From Klebsormidium nitens (taxonomy: Eukaryota > Plantae > Klebsormidiophyceae): a stretch of 64,000 nucleotides of DNA. Positions 1-10,487 of the stretch are shown here, in pieces. Position numbers and translations under genes: made by a program. The DNA lies in contig DF236992.1 of NCBI GenBank assembly GCA_000708835.1, positions 14,591 through 78,590 of the forward strand, given 5' to 3'. Each line of letters opens with the position of its first letter. Position 1 is the first letter of the stretch. A model generated the notes under the pieces. It ran no database searches. It had not been told where the DNA came from and saw only the letters and a program-made list of their open reading frames with translations.

Positions 1-3000
1 CCCTCTGCCGGTGAGCCTGACGTCCGGAATGAGGTTTTGCTCCTAAACCCCTAAACCGGCTCTGGTTTACGCCCTGAATTCGCTCGAAGCTGGATTGCCT
101 AAGTAGCACGTGACTGTGTTAGAAATTGGAGGACGTTTCGGATAGCCCCTGCTATTGAAGTGGACGGGAAGTCCACTTTTCGGCGTAAAACAGGCCTTAC
201 CATTTTCGAAACAATGTAGTATATCATAGACGTAGCGTACTGGGAGGCCAGAAAACAAAAACCCTGGGTCCCTTACCCTGATTTTCCCATGAGCTCTGTG
301 AGATTCTTTCTACCCGGCGCTTCAGAGGTTGTTTTCCGGCAAAAAGGGGCATTGTGCGCTGGAAACCTGGAGCGACCCATAAGCCAGAGCACTTGGACGC
401 CTTCTGAAGCCGTTCACCTTGCTTGGGCCGCACAGACGTCAGGTTCTAGGATACATGATGTCATGCAATCTGATTTGTCTTGTCAAATAGCACGTGCAAC
501 GCCGTTTCTTCTCACAGAAAGCGTCTCCCTTTTGGGACGAACTCGCAGATTTGGCATTCGGGCTTCCATCCAACACAGGCAATCCGAAGACGGCAATCCG
601 AAGCCATCCGCTGTTTCCATACCCCAATGTTCCGCATATTTTCACCTTCCTCATTGGCGGTGACGCGTTTCTCTTCCTCTTCTCCGCGTATCCCAGCAGC
701 GGCACGTGCATCTGCGCCCGTCCCCATTCTTCCTCTCGTCTGGGCACCTTATGAAAAGCTTGTGCGAAATGGGCTTCCCCTCCTCCCTCCTTCCAGGCAG
801 CTCCGCCACGTGCACTTGCACCCGTCCGCCCCGCTCCTTTTCGTGTCCGTCCTGCGCCGCACGCGCGCGACCGCGGACCTCATCCCGCTGCTTGCGGAGC
901 CCCTCCGGAGCGTCCTCCAGGGCCTGGGGGTGCGCGCGCGCGCGCAGCACCCGCAGCACGCGCTCGCGTTCCTCCTGGCGCTCCGCGAGGTCGCGCGCGC
1001 CGCGGAGGACGAGGCGCGCGAGGTTTTGGCCGAGGTTTCGGGGGGTTTGGGCGTCGGAAAGGGATTGGGGGATCGGAGCGGAGCTGAGAGTTTTGAGGAT
1101 TTGGGGGACTTGGGCGGGGGCCGGAACATGGGGCGTTCAGGGGAGGCTTCGGAGGGTTTGGGCGCAGGGAAGGGTTTGAGAAGTGCGGAGGGCATGCCGG
1201 CTTTCAATCCGAGTGAGTCTTCGATCGCTGGGAAAAGCGCAGGCGGAATTACGGGGACTCGGACTGAACCCCAGCTTGGAGTGGTTTCGGAGGGTTTACG
1301 GACATCGACTCAGGCAGGCTTCGGTACGGAGAAGGACGAGGAAGGCGTCGGGCTGACACGTGGCGTGGGGAGGGGCCAGCCACGTGGCTCGGATCAGGAG
1401 TCGGAGGAGTGGTGGGACGAGCGGAAACGGCGGCGGGAGGCGGCGGCGGCGGTTGCGTGCTCGGCAGTGGACGCTTGCGCGCCCCTCATGGGTGCCAGGA
1501 GCGTTCAAAGCAGGTGGGGACTTTGTGGGGAATGCGTTTGGGGTTTGCGTCAAAATCTGAAGTCGGTATCTTGTGCGCTACGCTTCGCTGATGGGCGCCA
1601 GGAGCGTTCAGCGCAGGTGGGCAGTTTGTTCGAATTGGGTGTTAGTGGGGTTTGCGTCAAAGCTGGATCCGTTTGTGTTTTGCGGTTGGCTCCGCTGATG
1701 GGCGCCAGGAGCATTCAGAGCAGGTGGGCAGGTTTGCGAATTGCGCTTGAGTAGGGTTTGCGTCAAATCTGAAGCCGGTTAGGTTTGTGCGCTATGCTCC
1801 GCTGATGGGCGCCAGGGGCGTTCAGAGCAGGTGAGCAGTTTGTGAGGCATCGGGTGGAAGTGGGGTTTGCGTAACACCTGAATTCGGTTACGTATGTGCG
1901 CTGAGCTCCGCTGGTGGGGGCCAGGAGCGTTCAGAGCAGGTGGGCAGTTTGTGCATACTTCTCGATCTGGTAAGATCAGGCATAAAACAGTGAGCTTCTC
2001 TTAGGAATTCCTGTGTGAGGCTGGCACTTGATACACTTTCTGCCCTGCCAGCCGTGTCGCAAGGTTGTACCAAAGTGCGAAGCACCTAATTTTGACGCGC
2101 TCCGCACTCGTACATACCCTGACCTTCGGACCAACCCCACCCGTCCCAGCTACTAATCTACTAAAACGATGGGGCCTGTTTGTGCGGCGTTCTGCGGGAG
2201 AATCTGGATTGATAAAACTTGAACCCGTTTCACTTTTGTGCGCCCCGCTCCTTTGACGGGCGCCAGGAGCGTTCTAGTCCGGGGGGTGGTTTGTGCCGCA
2301 TCAAGTTTCGTGGTGGCGCGTTCCGACTTTCTACATCGGAGCGTTCTGCGAGTTCGTAACTTTGTGGCTCTGGGGCGTTGTTTGAAAGGGGAGACGCGGG
2401 CCCTGGATCGAACGTCGATGTCGAGTCCTCGTCGGTGTCCTGTTTTGTGGATTCACACCGACAGAAGGAAAGTCTGCTGACGAGCGTGGCCAGCGAAAGT
2501 TATTCACACCGTCTGCTCCCATTGCACAGTTCCACAGGGCTAATACTCACGCCGGTTCAGCATTCTTTCACGAGCAACAAACTTCCTTGGCTTTCTTCTG
2601 GAGTAAGTAGTAATCAGCACACGAGCCGAGCAACCCCGCACTGTCGATCTGGATAAGCGGCTACTTTGAACCCCATTCACACCCTGCCTTTCCAGGGTGG
2701 TCGCGATGGACATTGCGGAAGTGGGAATGCGCGCTCTGGCAGCGGCCGAGCGTGCGGAAAGAGCCCACAAAGACGCTGCGGAACAGTCCGCCGCGGAAGC
2801 GCCGGATATCGACATGGACAGACAGGAGATCGAGATCAGCAACCGCGTGCTGCCACGTGTCCACTCCTTGTGGCCCCACGTGGTGCAGGGCCTCAGGCAC
2901 ACGTCAGCAGCGGTGGGTAATTCTGCTTTCCTTATCCGGTTTATTCACAGAAAAGACTAATCCAATAGAGATGTTTCAGGTACAACTTTTTGCTTCTCCC

Positions 3001-3952
3001 TAAGTCATTTGGTCCATTCGGTTGAGTATTGCTTGAAAGCCGCTGGGGCCTTCTTTCCTGCCTACTAGCATACTCGCTTCCAAATGTGACGAAAGTTACA
3101 AGGTGAGAAGGACACGAAACGCGCTTAGAGAGTGGCAAACTTGGAGGGCGCCCTTGTTCTTCAAGAGCTGATGACAAGTAGGTCGCAATCTGACTTTTGC
3201 AACGTGTCCGACTTTTGACAGAAGCTGGACGGAGCGATCGTTTTGAAATTTCAATCTTATACGGTTGACGTACTGAAGTCTGCATCTAAAGGGTCACTTC
3301 ATCAATCGTGTCAAAGCAAGAGCCGCTCAAAGATCGTCGCCTTCCGCAGGTAATCGAACGCGCGCTCGGCCTCATCTGCTCACTCGCTGCCACGTGCGGG
3401 GGCGACTTCATGGCACGCAGAATCGAGACTGACGCGTGGCCGCTTATGACTAGCCTCCTCCTTAACGGAGTCCCGAACGCGGGAATGAGCGCTTCTCCAC
3501 GCGCATCTCTTATGATCGTCAAAGGCGGGGAGAGCAGCCGGGGTGCCGCATCGAGCCCGGCCGCCGACTTGCGCGTGCGGGCAGGGGTGCTTTCCTGCTT
3601 GGGAAGCCTAGCCGATAACGAGTTTAGCCGGGGGGCGGTCGGGCGGATGGCCGGCGATATGGCGCGCAAAGCGTCGCGCTTTCTCGAGGAGAAATATGCG
3701 CAAGGTTTGCGGGACTCGGCGTCTGCGGCTTTGCTTGCGCTCGCGAAAGTCGATTCGGACGCAGTGTGGGTGATTCTCGTGGACATAGCGAATGTGGGCG
3801 CTCGAAATGTCGCGGCGCCCAAAGGCTTTCCGCCGATGGAGTCTATTTTGCCAACGCCAACGAAGGTTGCGGTAGATGCAGAGATAGGGGCACGAGAGAC
3901 ACTGCGCAGATTAGATGCGTGGCAAGGGCGAAGCTCGGTGAGCAACTGGTAA
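1..3952 (+). CDS. TTI1: TELO2-interacting protein 1 homolog (TTT complex), 3' part; exons <1-10, 797-1513, 2696-2912, 3350-3952
   Basis: Spliced translation (A)LCR|QLRHVHLHPSAPLLF...LIPLLAEPLRSVLQGLGVRARAQHPQHALAFLLAL...PLMGARSVQSR|VVAMDIAEVGMRAL...LPRVHSLWPHVV...|VIERALGLICSLAATCGGDFMARR...DSDAVWVIL. This matches recalled plant TTI1 C-terminal motifs (QLRHLDLHP, LP.MNKIWP, GGDFF.RR, D.DL.W.LL). All introns are GT-AG and in phase. Confidence 0.85.
1480..1950 (+). repeat. Five-copy ~103-109 bp tandem repeat spanning the TTI1 exon end and 5' splice site; degenerate sixth copy near 2243-2275
   Basis: Unit CC(G/C)CTGATGGGCGCCAGGAGCGTTCAGAGCAG|GTGGGC...GGGTTTGCGTCAAA recurs with GT at 1514, 1617, 1724, 1831 and 1940. 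Confidence 0.95.
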
Positions 3953-5447
3953 AGTGGTCGCAAGAGGTTAGAACCATTCATGTTGAGATGCTGGGATGTC
4001 ATATGAATATGACGACCGATTTGTGAGTGCAGTCAGAATCGTCATATTCTAAGTGCAGTCAAAATCGTCGTATTGTGAGTGCCTCTGTCACTCATGACGA
4101 GCTTTACTAAAAGATTCTTGGGCTTAGAGGATCGTCAACGACGGTACTGTACTATGACCTTCACTACATTGCCAGGGCTGAATAGTTGGTGGTCGTTGTT
4201 ACCGACTGAAGGCCGCACCTTGGGACTGAAGACAGGAGTAAATGTAGTTTTCGGTGGGGACGGCACTATATTCGGATAACATGCACATGAGCTCGCAAAA
4301 TAAAACTGAGTGCCTTGTGACGATATATCCCAACCGGGTTGCACTGATTGCTGCACTTTCTTTCGTTGAAGCTCTTCATAAGTAGTAGTGCTCACTGTTC
4401 ATTCGCACTTCTGTCTGCTTTGGAGTACGAGCTGTACTTTCCTTCTACTTTGACTCGGTGGTCACTCTTCAAGCTTACTACAGGGTGCTCTAATCAATAT
4501 CATCTTGTACGATGCCATGATCTGACTTTTAGTCGATGCATGGCGCTAATGCATTTTGTGCACAGAGGAGAAATCGACCTGCTGCATGCAAAGATCTTTC
4601 TCGAAACAAGGCTGGTGAGATGTCCTGGTCGCCATATAACTTCCGCATACATGTAACCATTCATCGAATTGCCCCGGACAGAAAAATATGTTACTAGCAC
4701 GGGGCGGCCGGCACTCAGTGACGCGCGCGACCATGCAGGATTCCACATTTCAGTGCCCGATCCAGTATTCTCGTGCTGATTCGGTCGGCTCATGAGACTA
4801 GCTAGAAAATTGGTTAAAACTTTCTCCTTTCGATCCACGTGTCGTGACTCGTATCGGATTTAGGTAGTACACGAGTATCAGACTGCATCTCTCATCTCTC
4901 AAGCTTTGACCGGATAATAATTGCGCGGCCCACCGATATTAGCCAATCCTTATCGATTCATTCATCGGCAGGGAGATTGATTACCGTCAATTCAGGCATC
5001 CCGAGCATCGGACGGTAAGGACCCTTGCATGCGCTCCGACGAGCGCGCGGCCGCCGCCTATTGCGCTCGGGGTTTGTCCCGCAGGTGTCAGAATGTGTCA
5101 GGAATCTGTTTGCAATCAGGATCCGGATTGCAAAACATACGTCATGTTATCCGGCTGATTGACGGGGTGGAAAGTATCAACTTCCAAGGCCCTTGAAGAG
5201 CGGAACAAAGCGGTTCTTCCTATCCCACCACAGTAAATTTTGTGACACTGTAACACGGAGCTAGTCCGAGTTTGCGATTACACCTGCACCGCTAGTGTCA
5301 TGAACTTACTCCGGTTGTACGGGCTTCGTACAGCTGGCAGCGGGCTGAAGCTTCGGCCCAAGTTCCAACTGCCGGCGACCCTTGTACTACCTAGTAGCCT
5401 TGTAGCCTTCTGGCTAGTGTGCGAACTCCTTAAGTGGACAAATAACC

Positions 5448-5808
5448 ATAAAGTTTAATACCTATAAGGTACGTTCCCTATAGGGAATTTGATTAACCGT
5501 AGAGGAATATTGTACATGGGAGGCCCCGGGCAACACTAAAAACCTAGGGTAATGTGACCGACAGACCCTAATGTTACTGAGAAGTGCCCGGTTGTCACCC
5601 GGCTTGCTTGCGAGACCCTAATGTCAGAGGGAGGGCCTGCTTGTTACCCGGTTGCTTGCGAGACCCTAATGTCCCAGGGTAGGCCCGGCTGCTTCTCGGG
5701 TACGCACCGCGCAGCGCGGGGTACGACCGCGCAATCATTAAACGTACAGTCCTCTTACGCAATACAGTACCTTATAGGTCACATTGCCTTATAGGTATTA
5801 AACTTTAT
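5448..5808. mobile_element. MITE-like non-autonomous DNA element, ~360 bp
   Basis: Perfect 22-bp inverted termini ATAAAGTTTAATACCTATAAGG (5448-5469 and 5787-5808), an extra inner inverted copy (5767-5779), and three internal ~48-50 bp repeats containing GACCCTAATGT (5564, 5614, 5662). No clear target-site duplication. Confidence 0.7.
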
Positions 5809-8177
5809 TTATGTGTGGACAAGGGCACCTCAAAGCACTTAGGTCGCCCCTATGATATTATCATTAGCTGGGCAGATACCATAGTAACGGTAGTTGGGAT
5901 CTCTTGGACCTTGATCTTCCTTGAAGCTGAAGCCAGCGAAAGGGCTTTAATTTGGGCCAACTCTGGAGCCATCACGCGCACTGGGGCGTTCGGTTGGTGC
6001 TTAACAGCAGCTTGTCATGATGCGAATGCACCTCGAAACAAGGGATTTTGAAATTCATCTTGGCTTGGTTGAGCTTAGGGGCTGAAGGCTTGGCAGGTGG
6101 GCAGTCGCCATAAGGCTCGCTGTCGACGCTCTGCAAACGTCCGACGGGCCACTGAACATTGGCTCCCCTAGAAGCTCAAAAGGACTTTGTTCTCTTCGGA
6201 AGGTGTTTTGCAGAAACGAGGAAGTGGACGGGCATTGTGTGATCACCACTTAGAAAGATGCCAGAGGTCTTGATCTGAAAGGGCTAGGGCTTGGGGCCAT
6301 GTCGCAGATCTAAAGCGGTCTTGTGACAATCAGAGGATTAGGCATTTATACAATTGGGCACCTAGAACTGACTGACGTTCAGTGCGCCGCCCTTACCATG
6401 GGGGAGGGCCAACGTGGGCAGGCGAGCTGAGGCGCTCGAAAGAACATTTCAGGTGGGTGATCCTCCAGGAGCAACGGGCCAGCCACGGACTTGGGTGCCC
6501 TTGCAATGCCCATAAAAGCGCCAGCTCGTGTCGGGTTCGCCAAGTCCTTATTTTAGAAAGTCTACACAAAGATTGGTGGGTCATGAAGCGCAAGAGTGTT
6601 TGTCTGCTGGACAGTGTGGGCATTGTTTTCTCTTGAGAGTAATTCTCTTTTGGCTTCGTGCGAGAGGCTTATTGGGCTGAGACAAGCGTTCAGAATGCCC
6701 CAGCGCAGAGTGACTATGAGGCCACAACGTTGAAAGCGAACCGCTTCAATCGTGTTGCACTTTTTGTCCATATATCTATGCTCTTGAGGTGCAACAGTCT
6801 GCAGAGACCGAAAGCGCATGCTGACGTCTATTGAAAAGTTTACGTGTCTGATTTTAAGGGCAGCTAGAGTCTCTGATAACCTTTCCATCTGCGGGTAAAG
6901 CTAGAGTTGGGGCTCACTTGGTCGCAAGGCTTGTTCTGCAGAAAAATGCAAAGAGGTAAAAACCTCTTTTCTCCTTTTGAGTCACTTTAACAGGCAGTAA
7001 ATTCTGGGCGCTTTTCTGTTGAGCTGGCCCGCTGTTGCCTTAAGCTTGCAGGCTGGCCTTCCATGCATCCCAGCTTTTCCTTCTCGCACACCATCTTTCT
7101 CTTATGCGCTCCCTAGCCCAGCTGAAACGCCGGCTCAATTGTTTTCAACTCCATTGAGTGGGAGGAAAGGTCCTCAATGATGAGGGTGCCTTGTTTCCAA
7201 ACTTCAAATGTTCTTCCCAAACAAGTAGCCATCTGCAATGATTGAGTTGGCAAGCGAGCGTCCCAGAAGAGAAACGGTGACCACATACCACATCGCGTCA
7301 CCCAAACGGTGGGGTTCCTGGTGCGAAAAGCCCTCTAGATCCATTGAAGTTGATCGTCCCACAGGTCAACTTTCTAGAGTACTTTGTCGTCCAAGCTGCC
7401 TGAGGGTCTTACTTCTAGGCAATATTTTGAGGACTGCTCTCTGTAAGGAGAAGAGACAGTGGGGCGGCGTATCGGCTCACACACTTGTCGAGGAGCGCTC
7501 AAGTTGCTTCCTACCCAAAGAGACTCTTTCGAACCACCGTCATTCTGGCAGACAAATCTCGCTGTCTATTCCTAGGCTCGTACCAGCTCGCTAACGCCTT
7601 AAAAGATGCTCTGTGCAGGTCTCCGAAGCAAAGGAATGCTGACGGGAGAAGGTGCAGGGAAGAGTTGGCTCCAAGCATCAAAATCGGAGGTGGGTCGCTC
7701 TTTGCCACAATCCCAAGGTGCAGAATGGCTGACAATCATGTGATGGCTCGACCCCTTACGGTCCGCTTAGTCTCCTCTGTGTCTGTCATCGTTCTGGACT
7801 GTGGCAGCTTCAAGAGGGGGGATTGGAGTGGTCCTGGAGCTTGAGGAAGGAAACAGAGTAGTGGGAGAATGAGGAGACGAGCCTAAAGGACCTTTTGTGA
7901 ACATGTTTTCAAGGCAGATGGGTTTACTTTCTTGAGGAGTCTTTTGTATCTCCGAACGTGGGAGCTTTGACAAGCAACTTAGACTTTACTACGGATTCGC
8001 AAGCCCTCCTTTCCGACATTGTTGTTTGTATATTTACCTTCTCCCGTCTGATAGCCTGTGCTTCCTTTTTCCAGTCTCTCTCATTCTTCTTACTTGCTGG
8101 TTGGGAACTCGGACGTTGACCCTGATCCATTGGTTCAAAGTATTCGGCTCTCAGGGCCCCCATCCTGTAGCGATCTA

Positions 8178-10487
8178 ATGAACCTCTTCGCACAAGAGCT
8201 TTCCAAACTCTCTAATGCTCGGTGCTTTTCCTCTCCCCTGCAGTCAGACACCCTCTCTTCAAGCCGCTCTTGCACGACCACGGATCCAGACGGGATGTGC
8301 GCCGGCGCCTCCTCCGACGAGTTGCTCTTCCAAGTGGTGAGCTATCTGGAAGCCCAGCGGAGCCGCTCCCCCGCCGTCCCCTGCGTGCCGACGCCCCCCC
8401 CGAGCGCGCTCGCCACGATGCACCGCAGCCCGAGTTTCAGTGCCGATAGCGGCGTCGTTCTTGCGGAAACCGAACGGGAATCGTCGAATTGCCCACCCAC
8501 GAGCGACTCGAGCGTGGAGGAGAGCTCGTCGGCGCACGTTCCGGATGGGGGGGCGCCGCCGAGCGGCGCGTGTACCCCCCTGGAAAGTGCGTGGATGCAG
8601 TGTCTGAGCCCCGACACGGGGGGGCTGGATCTCCTGGCAGACATTCCTGACGAGTGGCCGGCCGCCCCGAGAGGGGGGGCCGTGGGCGAGAACGCGCTCC
8701 TCGCGCCTTTGGACGGCAACGGGCCGAAGTTACTGGGGGTGGGTAGTGTTGGGGAGGTGGCAGCAAACGAAGGAGTCGACTCGATCTGGCAGCGGATCTC
8801 TGCGAGCCGAGGTGGGGGGCTGTGGGAGACACATACGGGCGCTGGAGAGTTAAGGGGGGGGTCAAGTGAGGGGTCCGGTTTAAGCAGCGAGGGGCTAGGC
8901 TTGACTGGCGCAAAGCACCCTGGAGCACCCCCCCGGGTCTCGCGATTCCGGCCCCCAGACGAGCTCTGCTTCTCGAATACGAGACCGCTGCAACGGTCTT
9001 CGACGCTCCCCGCCTCTTCAAGCTTTGCATGTCAGGCCCCCAAGGCTGGCGCGACACCAGCCGGCCCCATTGAGCTCGAGCAACTCAATGCTGCACAGCC
9101 GGTGTCAATGGAGCTCGAACCCCTGCCCGCTGCCCCGTGGATCCCATCGATGGAGGCTCTGAAGCTGCCACCTGTCGCCCCGCCGCGGCGCCAGCTGGCG
9201 CGGGTGCGAGCGCCTGGGAACGCTCTCTTGCGCACGCACTCCGACCCTGCGCGGTGGCTGCAGAGTTACGAATCGGGGGAGGGTCTTTTGGGCGACGCGC
9301 TGCTCCCCCCCCGAAGTTTCGCCCCGCGACCAGCCCCCCTGGAACGACAAAGAAGCGTCCCCGCTTTGCCGGTGTCGTCCGCCCTCGGGGGGGGTCCCTT
9401 GCAACGACAGAGCAGCGCCCCCGAGGCAGAAGTCACGGAGCTTTTGGGCGAGCAGATCCTGCAAGAGCTCAGGCGGCGCCGGGAGGGCCAGGCGCCGCTG
9501 CGGGGGGGCCTTGCCAAGCCAAAATTGACCCCCAGCCAGATGCAGCTGATTTTAGACCAGCACCGTTTCATGCTCGAGAACCAGCCCCCCGAGGGCGCGT
9601 GGCGGGGTGGGGGCGTCCTGGATACCGTGCGCGAGGGGGTGCCCACTGGACAGCTGGCGGTGCCCAGCGGACAGCTGGCGGGGCGTCATCAGCCGCTGGC
9701 ACGAAGCGGACAGCTGGCAGGGTCCGACGGACAGCTGGCGGCGGCGCGCGCGTCCGCGCGGCCGAAGGTGGACAAGCGGCGGCGCGGCGCGGAGGACGAG
9801 TGGGCGGCGCACGCGCACCAGCGCGAGGTGACGCGCGAGCTGGCGGAGGCGCGCGCGGCGTTGCCAGGTGGCCGCAACTCACTGGCCGGCCTCGCGGCAA
9901 ATGCCGGGCACCGGGCGCAGTGCCCGGGTCCGGACGGTCCGGCTGCTGCGGGGCAGATGAAAGTTGCTCGGCAAGCCATGGGGAGCCAAGGTCCGCTGAG
10001 CGCTCAAGCTGAAGCAGATGCGCTTTTCTGGGGGGAACAAAGTGCTCCGGAAGTTGGCCCCCTACGGGGCGCCGTTCCGCTCAATGAGGCCCAACCGGCG
10101 GGCCACCCGGAACTCCACTCGAGAGCCTTCTTGCCCGAGGTCGGCTTGCACCCTGCGCCGCTCCCAGGGTTCGAAACCATCACCGTTCCGGAGCTGCCAC
10201 GTGGCAGCTCCCCGAACGAGCTGCCGTGCGCGCCGCACGCGCGCTTCGTGGTGCCCGTGGGGCCCAATCTGGCGCACGTCATGGAGATCTTTAAGAACGC
10301 GCAGCCTGCCCGGGAGGTGGAGGTTTCCAAACCTTTACCGACGGAAACACCGAATCACGTGGGCGAGACGCCGCTCGTCTCCCCCCGGACGCAACTTCCC
10401 AGCTGGGAGAGCTGGGCGTTTGAGGAGGGGCTTGCCGATATGGACTTCTCGGACACGCTTCTTGGTAGCGCTAACTTGGACGTTTGA
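8178..10487 (+). CDS. Uncharacterised intronless ~769-aa low-complexity protein, possibly a nuclear regulator
   Basis: Uninterrupted 2.3-kb ORF with GC-rich coding composition; first in-frame ATG at 8178. Contains a KVDKRRR basic patch, four LxRxxS/T motifs and an acidic/aromatic C-terminus. No family recognised. Confidence 0.75.
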   Translation: MNLFAQELSKLSNARCFSSPLQSDTLSSSRSCTTTDPDGMCAGASSDELLFQVVSYLEAQRSRSPAVPCVPTPPPSALATMHRSPSFSADSGVVLAETERESSNCPPTSDSSVEESSSAHVPDGGAPPSGACTPLESAWMQCLSPDTGGLDLLADIPDEWPAAPRGGAVGENALLAPLDGNGPKLLGVGSVGEVAANEGVDSIWQRISASRGGGLWETHTGAGELRGGSSEGSGLSSEGLGLTGAKHPGAPPRVSRFRPPDELCFSNTRPLQRSSTLPASSSFACQAPKAGATPAGPIELEQLNAAQPVSMELEPLPAAPWIPSMEALKLPPVAPPRRQLARVRAPGNALLRTHSDPARWLQSYESGEGLLGDALLPPRSFAPRPAPLERQRSVPALPVSSALGGGPLQRQSSAPEAEVTELLGEQILQELRRRREGQAPLRGGLAKPKLTPSQMQLILDQHRFMLENQPPEGAWRGGGVLDTVREGVPTGQLAVPSGQLAGRHQPLARSGQLAGSDGQLAAARASARPKVDKRRRGAEDEWAAHAHQREVTRELAEARAALPGGRNSLAGLAANAGHRAQCPGPDGPAAAGQMKVARQAMGSQGPLSAQAEADALFWGEQSAPEVGPLRGAVPLNEAQPAGHPELHSRAFLPEVGLHPAPLPGFETITVPELPRGSSPNELPCAPHARFVVPVGPNLAHVMEIFKNAQPAREVEVSKPLPTETPNHVGETPLVSPRTQLPSWESWAFEEGLADMDFSDTLLGSANLDV

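Noticed and set aside
40-60. Telomere-like CTAAACCC motifs (also ~26090, ~28565-28605, ~54205)
   Set aside because: Only one or two degenerate units each; interstitial telo-box-like sequence, not a telomere or a telomerase RNA template that can be supported.
5815-7970. Short ORFs and possible decayed transposon coding sequence
   Set aside because: Multiple stops and no recognisable transposase or RT motif; cannot be supported without a search.
9770-9870. bHLH/bZIP basic region in the 769-aa orphan (KRRRGAEDEWAAHAHQRE)
   Set aside because: Lacks the E-R-x-R-R or N-x7-R signature and any regular leucine heptad.
8259-10330. Many long overlapping antisense or alternative-frame ORFs in GC-rich exons (also over TTI1, CBF5 and the 25.7-29.6 kb genes)
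   Set aside because: Expected shadows of GC-rich coding sequence: Arg/Ala/Pro-rich with no independent evidence.
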